DNA of 64,000 nucleotides from Rhizodiscina lignyota (Eukaryota): NCBI GenBank assembly GCA_010015805.1, contig ML978124.1, positions 1,736,001 to 1,800,000 of the forward strand, read 5' to 3'. Shown piece by piece: positions 1 to 12,007 of this stretch (position 1 is its first letter; each line of letters starts with the position of its first letter). The notes under the pieces were generated by a model. It saw only the letters and a program-made list of their open reading frames with translations, ran no database searches and was not told where the DNA came from. The position numbers and the translations under genes were made by a program.

Positions 1-318
1 CAGGAGTAGAGAGCCCGAGATACTTGCAAGCGTGGCCTCTTGCCCATTGTCTGCTGAAGTTTGCAAATTTCCGTGCTAGCTCAAACAAGGGCCCACGAAT
101 GGTTAGAAGGTCCTGGGGAGGAAGCGAAATGATTTAGTACGACAGCCTTCACCAGGGCTAACCGACGACAGAGGACCATTGAAGATAGACTAAATTCCCT
201 TTCCAAATCTAGCCTATGCACAATTAGTCCTTTCCTCCTGAAGAAGTTTGAGCTTGCAAAATCTGAAAAGTGATACACAAGGGCACTAAGACGAAATGTA
301 CGATTATAGTACGTGTTT

Positions 319-1104
319 CTAAATCCTCGCCGCTCCCACGACCCATCCACCGTGGCCTTTTTGCACCAACACTGCACCTCTCACCCCCAAATCCTGCCGC
401 CGATCCAGAACGAAGACCTTCTCTCCCTCCTTCTCCTCAATCAACCCAACCCGTTCCACACTCTTCACCACGTTCAGATGCGGAAGCGTCTCTCCCTTAT
501 TCTCTCCCCTTGTGATCTGCACGTCTTGTCTCTCCGGGTCGAACCACGCCACTACAACTTCCAGAGGCTCCGCATCGCTACTGAGCCCGGAAGCATTCAC
601 AGTGACAATCGTATCTTCTCCATCACCAGTAACTACCGACACGCTGACGGGGAGCTGACTTCCAGCGGAACCGTCCCCCAGCAGCCGCTCCAAATCGCTC
701 TTCCGGCTCCCAACGCCGCTCGCACGGCCGTTGACGATGACCTGCGGTGTGAACGCGGAGCGCAGGCTCATGCGACGAACATAATCTCGCTGCCGAGCGT
801 CGAATGCAGAACTGCCGAAGGTGTCGGTCCAGCCGAGGTAGTCCCAGTATGTGACATGGTATGTCAGAAGGAGATAGTCTGTCTGGACTTGAGATGAGCT
901 GGCGAGAGATATGAGGTTGTCGTTCGCTGGTGGACAAGAGTTGCAGCCTTGGGATTGGAAGAGCTCGACTACGGTAATGGGAAGGGAGGAGGAAGGAACA
1001 GTGGACGAGGATGCAGATATCGAATTGGGGGTGTAGGCCGGTGGTGTAGTCGGAGGAGCGGAGTCGGTATCGGTCGGGTGGATGCGACGGAATATGGCTT
1101 TCAT
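319..1104 (-). CDS. DUF1223-family thioredoxin-like protein
   Basis: Intronless ORF from ATG 1104. Motifs VVELFQSQGCNSCPPA (CxxC), YHVTYWDYLGWTDTF, FTPQVIVNG and I-x-RGENKGETL-x-H-x-NVV are characteristic of DUF1223. Confidence 0.85.
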   Translation of the reverse strand: MKAIFRRIHPTDTDSAPPTTPPAYTPNSISASSSTVPSSSLPITVVELFQSQGCNSCPPANDNLISLASSSQVQTDYLLLTYHVTYWDYLGWTDTFGSSAFDARQRDYVRRMSLRSAFTPQVIVNGRASGVGSRKSDLERLLGDGSAGSQLPVSVSVVTGDGEDTIVTVNASGLSSDAEPLEVVVAWFDPERQDVQITRGENKGETLPHLNVVKSVERVGLIEEKEGEKVFVLDRRQDLGVRGAVLVQKGHGGWVVGAARI

Positions 1105-2465
1105 CTTGAATACGTCCAAAAGAATACTCGGTAGATGATCTGCTCAGGTAGTACTTGCACGCGAGGAAGACACAGAGAGTGACGAGTTTGAAGAAAAGGA
1201 ATTGAGCGAATGGCGAACCTACATCTTGCATACCTATGGCATTCTTATACGGATTGATGCTTCATCAACGCCGAAGGAGACATGAAGTTGAGCATGTCAG
1301 ATGCCAAGGCCGTCGCGCTCAGCCACTTGAGGGACAAAATGATAGTGGAATCATTTGAGAGCTGGAGCACAGTCCATTCCACGTTTCCATATTAGCGGAT
1401 GATTCGTCAGCATGCCCAAGGGGAATATGATATTGTCTTCTGGTGCAATCGGGATACCAGAGCAGAGGACCAGCGATCAGAGAAGGCACAAGATGTGCAG
1501 CAAGTTCGATGAAGGACGAGTGGGGTTCCGAATCAAGAGGCGACAGTGACCTCACAATAACTAACGTGCATCCACGTGTGCCGAGCCACCCAGGGTAACG
1601 AGCCAAAAATTGGGTACTTCCACATGAGATCACTCTGAATTTCGCGTGCGCAGTGTATGTGATGCAATTCACCCTGATTCCTGTGGATGGGGCCTCCTAA
1701 AGTCCCGGAACACCTTCTAAGTAAAACTTGAAGCTGACGTTGCCGTCTCCCCGCCTGGTCTGTGAACATGAAGGGCTTCATCTCATCGAAATATAGCCTC
1801 GCATCACCACAGCTCCCATATCGAGCCATCTTCACTTGCGACACGCTAAAAATTGAAGTGTCCGACTCTTTAAACTGATCCCCCCGCTGGGAGACGGTCA
1901 TTAGAGATTGAATCATGCAACTTATCACGCCAAGAGGTACCTCCGACTCAAAACCGATATGATCCTAGTCGGCCTTAAAGCGTCACGCGCACGCTCAAAA
2001 CGGTTACTGCATTATTAAGCAAGAAGCCAATCGTGGCTAATATGTGCTGAGCCTGGAGCCACCTTTTCGTACCTAGCAAGCCAGGACTTTGATCTGGACC
2101 TTGAAGCTTTTATTTCATTCTCTTTGAGGCAAGCACGACACTATTTCTTCGATGAGCATGAGCTCATCAACTGACTACCCATTCATCTTCAGAAACTCGC
2201 TTGTTGCAGCAGATGAAGTACGCATCACGGAATGACACGTCGATTGGCTGCAACGCCCAACGAGGCTGCGGGCTATGCGGCGATTGCAGCTCGTCCGCCT
2301 TGACAGCCTCGCGATAAAAAGCCCGAGAAAACCTTTCTCGTTTCTTGAGTTCTCCCGCGAGATTGACTTCATTCTGGCCAAGCGAGCTATCGAACCTCGA
2401 GAAACTCCTGCTCCTGAGGAAGATCTGGACCTGCCTAATCACCCGTGCCAACGTTATACCTAAAT

Positions 2466-5439
2466 ATGGCCGACCCACTTTCCATTGCCTCGGGGGTTGC
2501 GGGGCTGCTTTCCCTTGGCCTCCAAACGACCGACACTCTCGTCAAATTCTACACTTCCTACAAAGGCCGAGATGACAACATCGCGCGGACTACGCAGCGA
2601 CTCGAGACCCTACAGGGTGCTTTCGATGCGCTGCAGACTACTCTACAACAGCGCAAGTTCCAGCCCGACGAGGAGATGCTGATCGGCCGAATAGAATCAT
2701 CCATCCAGTTGTGCGGAGAGCTTATTCAGGAGCTACAAGAGGAGTGTAGGAAACTCACTGGACCATCGTCTAACTCTTTCAAGGAAGCCGTCAAGTTTGC
2801 TGGGCGCCGTGCCGCCTACCCCTTCCGCGAAAGCACGCTGAAAAAGCTTGAAGAAGCTGCGGGCGAAATGCGAAACCATCTGTCGCTCGCACTAGACATC
2901 CTACAGCTTCAAGACCACAAGACGGCCCAAGATGAACTCACTGAGATGAAGTCGCTTGTTGAGCTGATGAGAGCGACACAGATGTCGTCGACGATCCAAG
3001 ATTGGTTCAAAGCCCCGGACGCGTTGATCGAGCACAACGACGCCTCGGCGAAACGGCATCCTGGGACTGGCATGTGGTTCGTGAAGGACCCTATCTTCCG
3101 GAGCTGGATCAGCCAGGCCAACTCATTTCTCTGGCTCTATGGCTTTGCAGGATGTGGAAAGTCAGTCCTATGTTCCACCGCCATTCAACATGCCTTTCGG
3201 CAGAGGAGACGTGATGCGAGCATTGGAGTCGCCTTTTTCTACTTCAAATTCAACGACGAATCGAAGCAGACTCAGTCGGCCATGCTCCGGGCTCTACTCT
3301 GGCAATTAGCCAGTCAGCTTTCCGACGGCCATTCCCGAATTCAGCGCCTGCACGAGTCCTACAAGACCGGGTCACCTCCAGCTGCAGTATTGAGCGAACA
3401 GCTTCGAGAATGCATCCGGCCGTTCCATCAGGTGTACGTCTTGATCGATGCTTTGGATGAGAGCCCTCGAGGAAGTCGGCGAGACAATATCTTAAGTACG
3501 ATCAGGACCATGCGCGATTGGTCGATGCCCGGGCTGCACCTTTTAGTCACCAGTCGAGATGAGCTTGATATCCGCGAATCTGTCGATGCCGCTCCCGACG
3601 AAGAGGTTGCCATGAAAAACGATGGGATTGACCAAGACATCAGCAATTTCATTGCCGAGAAACTGTCTACTGACTTGAAACTTAGAACCAAGTGGCAGGC
3701 ACACCGAGATCGAATCCAAGAAGCTCTGGCTAAAGGTGCGCAAGGAGTGTAAGTGTTTAACAGGCAAGGCCAAGGAGCCACTGACATGGTCTAGGTTCCG
3801 CTGGGTGGATTGCCAGTTCGAGGCTCTTAGACGATGCCCTCGAAGCAAACATCACCTCGAACAGTGCCTCCGGTCCCTACCTCGAAGCCTGGATGAGACT
3901 TACGAGAGAATGCTTCTAAGCATCGATGAAGAGTCCTACGAGGAAGCTCGACGAATACTAATGCTGCTGTGCTTCTCGTCGCGACCGCTCAAGGTGTCTG
4001 AGGTGCTCCATGGAATTGCTGTGGACCTAGGCGAGCAAGCGTGTCTAAATCGAGATCGGTTGCTTGAAGGAACAGATGACCTATGCGAGATATGCTCCGG
4101 ACTGATCGACTTTGGGTTCGAAGCGAAGGAAGGTGTCGACTCTAATACTGACTCTACGAGCCTAGAAGTGACTGTCCGCATCGCCCATTTTTCGGTCCAG
4201 GAATACCTAGAATCAGCCCGTATCCGTCAACATAATGCGAGATTCTTTGCAATGACCAGTATATCCGCACACCAAGAGATTGCAACAATCTGCTGCGTAT
4301 ACTTGTTAGAACCTGAGCTTTCTAAGGGACAGTTAACTCCGGAGAAACTCGTCGAACTTCCACTCGCTCACTTTGCCGCACAGTTCTGGTATCATCACTA
4401 CCAGAAGGCCAAGAACACCACAAAGCAGCTCCACGAACTCATCATCGAGATTTTTTTGCAGCACAACTCCTTCGTTAAATGGGTCAGGCTCCACGACCTC
4501 GCCGACAGGCCATGGGTTACAGAAGTGCGGTTCGAACGCACTTCAGACGATATTGCCCCTGCGTTGTACTATGCATCCTTTCTAGGACTTGACTGGATTA
4601 TTCATGAGATACTACGCGCCGGGATCGCCACAGGCCGCAAGGGTGAAGATATTGTCAACGCGCAAGGCGGATACTACGGCAACGCGCTGCAGGCGGCATC
4701 GGTCAGCGGCCACGAGGCGGTCGTGAAGCTGCTAGTAGACTTAGGCGCCGACGTCAACGCGCAAGGCGGATTCTACGGCAACGCGCTGCAGGCGGCATCG
4801 GNNNNNNNNNNNNNNNNNNNNNNNNNNNNNNNNNNNNNNNNNNNNNNNNNNNNNNNNNNNNNNNNNNNNNNNNNNNNNNNNNNNNNNNNNNNNNNNNNNN
4901 NNNNNNNNNNNNNNNNNNNNNNNNNNNNNNNNNNNNNNNNNNNNNNNNNNNNNNNNNNNNNNNNNNNNNNNNNNNNNNNNNNNNNNNNNNNNNNNNNNNN
5001 NNNNNNNNNNNNNNNNNNNNNNNNNNNNNNNNNNNNNNNNNNNNNNNNNNNNNNNNNNNNNNNNNNNNNNNNNNNNNNNNNNNNNNNNNNNNNNNNNNNN
5101 NNNNNNNNNNNNNNNNNNNNNNNNNNNNNNNNNNNNNNNNNNNNNNNNNNNNNNNNNNNNNNNNNNNNNNNNNNNNNNNNNNNNNNNNNNNNNNNNNNNN
5201 NNNNNNNNNNNNNNNNNNNNNNNNNNNNNNNNNNNNNNNNNNNNNNNNNNNNNNNNNNNNNNNNNNNNNNNNNNNNNNNNNNNNNNNNNNNNNNNNNNNN
5301 NNNNNNNNNNNNNNNNNNNNNNNNNNNNNNNNNNNNNNNNNNNNNNNNNNNNNNNNNNNNNNNNNNNNNNNNNNNNNNNNNNNNNNGCCACGAGGCGGTC
5401 GTGAGGCTGCTAGTAGACTTAGGCGCCGGCACTACTTGA
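2466..5439 (+). CDS. Fungal NLR (STAND): HeLo-like N-terminal domain + NACHT + ankyrin repeats
   Basis: Start MADPLSIASGVAGLLSLGLQ is typical of HeLo-like N-termini. Walker A LWLYGFAGCGKS, Walker B YVLIDALDE, LLVTSR. Intron 3749-3794 (GTAAGT..CTGAC..TAG) gives QG-V-FRWV. C-terminal ankyrin units VNAQGGxYGNALQAASxxGHEAVVxLLVDLGAD are interrupted by the N gap. Confidence 0.92.
4653..5430 (+). repeat. Near-identical 99-bp ankyrin-coding tandem repeats, collapsed into an assembly gap
   Basis: Visible copies on both sides of the gap are almost identical at DNA level (gtcaacgcgcaaggcggat[a/t]ctacggcaacgcgctgcaggcggcatcgg; gccacgaggcggtcgtga[a/g]gctgctagtagacttaggcgccg). Confidence 0.9.
4802..5386. 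other. Assembly gap (585 N)
   Basis: Run of N in the sequence. Confidence 1.
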
Positions 5440-6605
5440 CCCTCGCAATCTACTACCCCACCCACTACCTTACAATGCTACTCTTCTTATATACATCTGT
5501 GCATGCACTTATATAATTAATGTTTTGTTTGCCTTAATCGAATATAGAGTCTTCGAGCACTCCGGCGAAACATGAAGATCGCTTCACGATGACTAAGGGA
5601 GTTCTGATTCTGGAAGGATCTGGATACGCCTTGAGCATTGCACGCCCTTCTTTGTTTCTCCTTGTCCTTCTAGTCCTTTACAATAACTCAATTGTGATTT
5701 AAATAAGATCGAACTCGTCCATATGCATTAATCTTTCACCTGGCTAGGCCATGTGCAGCTGCAGCCTCAGGCAGCACTTGGCCTTCCATTCTGAGCCACA
5801 AGCACCCTCATTCGCTGATGCGAGAAAGTAATGGCGCCAAATCAAATGCAATTATCTCCCGCGCGCTAATTCAAGCCAATGCACGGAAGTGCACCAAAAC
5901 ATTACGTCTGACAAAGGAGTGCACTCGTCCAGATGAACGCGGCTTTTAAGACTTGTAGCCGTATTCATTCCTCATTGTTCTAACACTCGCGATTGAGCAG
6001 GGGTGAGCGGCTGAAGCAGCGATTAACGACGCCAACGAAATGATCGCCAGCATGCCCAAGACCGGTTCGGTCGCGTTCCAGACTGGCTCTCTTCAAGGAG
6101 AAAGCGACATAGAGTCATTTCACATCTACCATACCTCTATAGATTTGCGCAACAGAGACTTATCAGGTCTTAAGCATGAGTATGGGTCGGCACCCTGGGT
6201 GGCTCGCGTCGCCGGGATCTACGTTAACCCTGCTGGCAATTCGACGTCGGAAGTAAATTGAAGAACTGCCTGAGGTTAGAGGTAGGAGATATATAAGGAA
6301 GGAAGGAGAAGGATTGTCGTCGACCTAAGGGAAAATTCCGCTAAGCGATTTGAGGCACTTGTATGTAGCGCCGACAAAATAGCTGGCCCCGATGAAGAAA
6401 AAGTGTGGTGAAACCGAGTTGCAACTCTCCAACGTAAGCAACACTATTACTGAGAGTGTAATGTAATCTGAATTGCCAAGTGTTCATTAAGAGTACATAA
6501 CTTCAACGAATTCTGTTTGGCTAAATCAAGAGATTGTGCACCCTTCCAGCTTGGTGTAGTAGAGTATCATTGTGGCCATGACGACTTTTTTTGTCACTCC
6601 CAAGA

Positions 6606-7380
6606 TTATCCCCTGTCCTGTCCCTTAACCGCACTTGATCTTCGAGCCCCCTCTGTAAGTCTTTCACGTTTCTGACGACAAGTATCTCGATGCTCATCGG
6701 TGGGATGCTCGTGGTATTCGCAGACGTCTGCAACCGCCGTGGCGAACATGCCGTGGACTTCGCGCATCTTATTCCCACACGTCAAGAAATACTGCTGCAA
6801 GAACGCATATGGAAGCTCCTTATCTCCGATCGGCAAGTGCGGAAACATGAAAGACTGGCAAATGTACTGATCCACCACGTATTTGAGCATCGGGGATCTG
6901 CGTGGAAGCTTTTTATATGCCTCTCTCACAAAGGAATAGGGTGCCAGGAACCACAGTTTATGGATCTTGTCGAATGAGGCGATCTTCAACTCCGGAATGA
7001 TATATCGATCCGCGAAGATGTACACGGAGAGCCAGTGGTGCTGGCAACTGTGGGGCATCCGCACGCAAGAAATATGACTATCTTGTAAGGATCCGGAGTA
7101 CAGCCAATCCACGTATGCGCGGAACGTTTCAGGCGCGGCATCTTCGAGATTGATAGCATTCTCCTGTCCTTCTGTGAACCGGCCATTCAAAGCGGCGGCA
7201 AAGTTGTCGGATGAAGCCGATAAGAGAGCTTTGTGGATGTTGAACACCTCTTGGAGTCGGCCCACAGTGACAGAGATGATCGTTTGATCAATTGATCTGT
7301 CGGTGTTAGAACTACTCCAAGAAGGCCAAACTTGATATTACAGATACTTACGACATATGCGGAGGCTCGTAATTGGCCAT
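6606..7380 (-). CDS. BTB/POZ-domain protein (array copy 1)
   Basis: Exon 1 MANYEPPHMS, phase-2 intron 7297-7351, then SIDQTIISVTVG..FNIHKALLSASSDNFAAALNGRFTEG..FRAYVDWLYSG..YIFADRY. C-terminal CEYHEHPTDEHRDTCRQKR. Confidence 0.88.
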
Positions 7381-7677
7381 AATGAAAAGAATTGGTGTTA
7401 TTGGTTAGATGTGCGCAGAAGAAAGAGAGAAGAGTGAAGGGAATTGAAGGTCTTTAAAGGGCTAAGTAGGCAAGTGTGTTATATTCTATCAGCGAAACAC
7501 TCAAGAACACTGTTACACTATTTCACTCCGGTTGCGTGAATTAGGTAGTGTTGGCCCACGGGCTGACACAACAAGCCTCTTTAAATATTCCCTTCTTCCG
7601 CAGAGCGGCCTCAATTATCTAACTTCCTCATTCTTCTACATCTCGAAACAATCACTTAATACAATTCATCAATCGCA

Positions 7678-8421
7678 ATGGCAATGAATGCAAACACGTT
7701 CACACCGGAGACGTATGAGGCTCCACGCATGGGGTAAGGATAAAATCATTCAAGTAGAGAAGCTGCTTACCATTTGCAAAGCACCATCGATACGACCATC
7801 GCGATCGTCAAAGTTGGAACCGACGGGAAGACCTACAATGTTCACAAAGCACTTCTGTGTGCATCTTCCGAGAACTTCGCAGCGGCACTCAATGGCCCCT
7901 TCAAAGAAGGCCGCGAGAACACGATAGTACTAGACGATATGGAAGGGAAGAGCTTCAGGCGCTACTTAGACTGGCTATATCGCGGCAGATTCTTCAACAG
8001 CAATTTGGAAGTAGTAGTGGACCTGCATATTTTCGCCGATCGATACCTCATTCCTCAGCTCAAGCGCGCGACAGTCGATATGATGATCGAGGACCCGTCA
8101 CAAGTGCCACGGTACAGAACTGTCGCCCGTGCCTTTCGCGAGCTACCAGAATCGTCCCCCATGTGCGACCTTATCGTGCAAAGATACCTGAGCATATTCA
8201 AACTGGCATGCGATAAGAACAACAACGACCAGGATCGCAAGGACCTGCCTACCGCATTCCTTCTGAAGCTTTTCTTGGGCTACGCGAAACAAAAGGGGGA
8301 GAAGAACAACTCATATGAGTGGCAAGAAGACCCGTGCAAGTGGCACGAGCATAAGACGGAGAAGGATTCTGAGGCTTGCAAGAAGAAGCGCGCAGTAAGG
8401 AAGGCGAAGGGCGTGAGGTGA
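7678..8421 (+). CDS. BTB/POZ-domain protein (array copy 2)
   Basis: Exon 1 MAMNANTFTPETYEAPRMG, phase-2 intron 7734-7781, then BTB core YNVHKALLCASSENFAAALNGPFKEG..YLDWLYRG..IFADRY. C-terminal CKWHEHKTEKDSEACKKKR. Confidence 0.88.
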
Positions 8422-9255
8422 GCGCATGGTCATGCTGCAAATTGGCTAAGGAAGGCTGCACAGACGAAGAGTCAAGGCATAAGCGTTGCAAATCAATGGC
8501 GTTCCTGGTTGAGGCAGAGTCAAGACTGTATCTAGAGCTTCGGAATCAATTAACTTGCTCACATCGGGAGTGAGTCACTTTCAAGCACCCTTCATCTCAA
8601 CTTGCGGGCTTTTTGGCAGGAGCTCCTAAGTTTATGTGGGGAAGTTAAAGTATACATCTCGTCGATTTCGCAATCAAGACCACTCTTTTGCTTTCTCTCT
8701 ATATCGCAGTTTCATGATCAATGGTCAACCAATACTGAATTTACGCATCTAATGTGCATTTATGGAATCCGTTCATTTCGTTACTATGAGTGAGTTATGC
8801 GTCTGTTGTCAGCTTGCATGTGGATAATGAGTTTGCCTTTGTCCATGCGTGCTAATGCAGACGATTTCACTTTATATCCTTCGATGCCCTGACCTCCGCA
8901 TATCAACTGAACACTCGCTAAGGCCCATGAACAACTAAATTCAATTGCGAAGTCAACGGATGAGCGGGCTCTGCACGCAGCTAACCCTGATCTCATCTAT
9001 CGATCTGCGCGTTCGGGGTCCCAAGTCGTCGGCGTGCCAGACACACGCCTTGCCTGAGCTATTTCACAGCCTGTTCTCGACTTAGAGGTGACTTACAGAG
9101 ATGTTCGAGTTCCAACACTAATGTGTATTGCCATTCCTAAGCAACACTCCTGTTCTCTATCTAAACTCTCTAGCTGAAAGCCTTCCTCTCTCCTCCTCAA
9201 CCATCACCACATCAACTGAACAACCCCGACGAAAACGTTTACGGATCACCACAAG

Positions 9256-10058
9256 ATGGCGACGGTGATTATCGAGACTATGACTCCCGAGTCATACGAG
9301 CCTCCTCCGATGTCGTGCGTTGCTACCGTTCAGAACACTTAAGAAACCCGATAGATATACTAACATGTACCAGAGCCATAGACCTGGCCACGACACAGGT
9401 CATGATCGGCGATAACGCAAAGTCATACAACGTATACAAAGCTCTGCTTTGTGCATCATCAAAGAACTTCAATGCCGCACTGAATGGCCAGTTCCGCGAC
9501 GGGCAGCTCAACGAGCTTAAGCTTGATGATATCCAGGAGGAAGTCTTCGAAGACTATGTCGACTGGCTATTCGCTGGAAAGATTTGCTTTACCCAAAGAG
9601 CGGCGGGGATGCGCTTGTGGGACCTCTACATCTTCGCCGATCGCTTCCACATCCCGCAGCTCAAACGAGACGCCGTTAACTATGTCCACAACGCGAACCG
9701 ACCTCCAAGCCTACACTTCGTCAAACGTGCATTCAACGAGCTTCCCGACAAGTCACCAATCCGAAGTATCCTAATCGACGTGTACGCCAAGTACTGGGAC
9801 CCCGAACTTGAAGAGGACAAAACTAAAACCAGGGAGGAGATGCAAATGCTGCCAGCGGCGTTTCTGGGGCCAGTTCTAATTGAGGTGTACAAGAGACTTG
9901 AACACCCCTACCAAAATGAGGATCTTGATTTGTGCATGTACCACGAACACCCGAATGATGCTCAGGTCCAAGCTTGTCGTGCTAAACGAGCGGGAGCGAA
10001 GAATGAGATTCCGAGACCGGTTGGGCAAGTCGACCTCGGTGATCCACTAAATGGTTGA
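9256..10058 (+). CDS. BTB/POZ-domain protein (array copy 3)
   Basis: Exon 1 MATVIIETMTPESYEPPPMS, phase-2 intron 9315-9373, BTB core YNVYKALLCASSKNFNAALNGQFRDG..YVDWLFAG..YIFADRF. C-terminal CMYHEHPNDAQVQACRAKR. Confidence 0.88.
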
Positions 10059-10887
10059 CGCGACAAGAGTGCGGCTCTTCTTGCTGTTCGGGAGAGCCTC
10101 AAGGGAGAGCTTCGAGGGAGGAGATCGTTTTCTTTACCGGAGACGTCGGCGACTTCACTGAAGCGGTAGTGCTTGTTGCACACTATAATGCGTTCTGATT
10201 GCCTGTCGATGAGAGATATGACGTAAGACTTGAGGCGGAGAATGTGACGATGTCGGCGAAGGAACATTTCGCCGGAATTTCGGAGAAACGAGAAGACAGC
10301 TATAAGAGAGTGAGGCTGTAGATAATATACTACACACCGTCAAATGGTACTATCAATGCATACCGTCTTCACTTAATGTGGCAGGTGTGTTCCTTTGTTA
10401 AGTACTTGCAAATTAAGCATTGGGAGATGCTCTCGCTAATGTCAACGAGCAAAGCTCGATCCTGCTGGATTTGTTCGACTTCTTCGGGACCAACACTCTT
10501 GTACTCTTGAGTCCGTTTACTATTGCTGCCAGTCGGCGCATGAATGGAGGTAAATGCTACCCAAAGTCGTGTCAAATCGGGCTTTTCGAAATGCTCTCGC
10601 TTGTCTTGAAGAGCAAAGCTGTGCTTGGAGAACCCTTTTCGACTTCATCGAGGCCAATTAATCCATTGTCCTCGGGCCCTCGAGTCTATTCCCCATCGTT
10701 GTCGAGTGGCATGTGAATGGAAGCCGCGGCCCAAGACAAGATCGCATTGTTCACACATTATGTCCCTCTCTTTCAGTGAATAGCTCACTAATCAGCTCTC
10801 CATTTAAATTCCTCCTCATTCAACTGCTTTCTCTTTCTTCATCTCACCAGGTCCATTCAACAAGGTAATAAGGTCTGTCCAGTCAAG

Positions 10888-11763
10888 ATGGCCACCACGC
10901 GCACCGCTGATGTCATGACACCGGAGACGTATGAGCCTCCTCCCATTTCAGAAATCGAGCCGGAATTCATCGACGTCCGAGTGGGACCATCCAAGAAGTC
11001 CCATATTGTCCACAAGATACTCCTGTGTCTGTCCTCTCAGAATTTCGCAACTGCGTTGAACGGTGGCTTTGCCGGGAGAAAGAGCGAAACGCTGCACCTG
11101 CCCCATGTCTTGGAAGATGTCTTCAAAACCTACATGGACTGGTTATACCAGGGAAGACTGAAGGCGCGATATATTAAAACCGCCGAAGATGCCGAAGACG
11201 CCGTCGTTGATGATGCCGATGACGAAGATTCCGACGATGAAGAGGCCGACGCTGAATATGACAAAGAGTCTTGCATCGAGAAATTTAACGCCCTGCATGA
11301 CGTCTATATCTTTGCCGACCGGTATCTCATACCACAGCTGCAACGAGCCGCGATAGATCAGATAATCCTGATCTGTAAGCGGCCAAGCTTCGGGGACATC
11401 CGCAGTCTGTACGAGGCCGTGTCGCAGTCTTCCCCGCTCTGCCAATTCTATATAGATGCATGGGCACACGAAGGATGTCATGTGAAGGAGGGTGGACGTT
11501 ATATCCTCCCGTCCGAGTATAAGACCTTGCCCCAGGCGTTCGTGTTGGGGGTGTTCCTCGAGAGTGTTCAGAGGACGCATGATCAAATGGAGACATGGAA
11601 TGCAGAGAAGAAGGCAAATAAGCGGAAGAAGGGAAAAGAAGGCAAGAAAGTCAAAAGATATAACTTCCCTTGGGACGACCTCTGCAACTACCACGCGCAC
11701 GTCAGCAAGGAGCACAGAGAAGCTTGTACGGCTAAACGCAAAGCGGCAAAGGGAAAGAATTGA
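10888..11763 (+). CDS. BTB/POZ-domain protein (array copy 4; intronless, acidic insert and basic NLS-like tract)
   Basis: Single ORF MATTRTADVMTPETYEPPPISEIEPEFIDVRVG..VHKILLCLSSQNFATALNGGF..YMDWLYQG. Has a D/E-rich insertion, KKANKRKKGKEGKKVKR and CNYHAHVSKEHREACTAKR. Confidence 0.9.
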   Translation: MATTRTADVMTPETYEPPPISEIEPEFIDVRVGPSKKSHIVHKILLCLSSQNFATALNGGFAGRKSETLHLPHVLEDVFKTYMDWLYQGRLKARYIKTAEDAEDAVVDDADDEDSDDEEADAEYDKESCIEKFNALHDVYIFADRYLIPQLQRAAIDQIILICKRPSFGDIRSLYEAVSQSSPLCQFYIDAWAHEGCHVKEGGRYILPSEYKTLPQAFVLGVFLESVQRTHDQMETWNAEKKANKRKKGKEGKKVKRYNFPWDDLCNYHAHVSKEHREACTAKRKAAKGKN

Positions 11764-12007
11764 GCTGGCTGGCGATGCTGATGACAACTGAGAAGGTATC
11801 TACTACCACCTTGAAAGCTTATGAAGAAGATTTTGATGGAAATCCAAGGGTCCATCGGATGAGTCAGGACTCAGGCGCGTCTTTCTTTCGGGCGGCGTTC
11901 TCTTTCTTTCGTCTGCTAACTTCGTCTGCTAACTTCGTAGGTCAGTCCGCGCGGCTTTGCAAGTGCATATATCAATGGAATTTAAAAAATTTAAACATGC
12001 CCCTAAC

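Noticed and set aside
4741..5465. Minus-strand ORFs spanning the N run
   Set aside because: Artefacts of the assembly gap.
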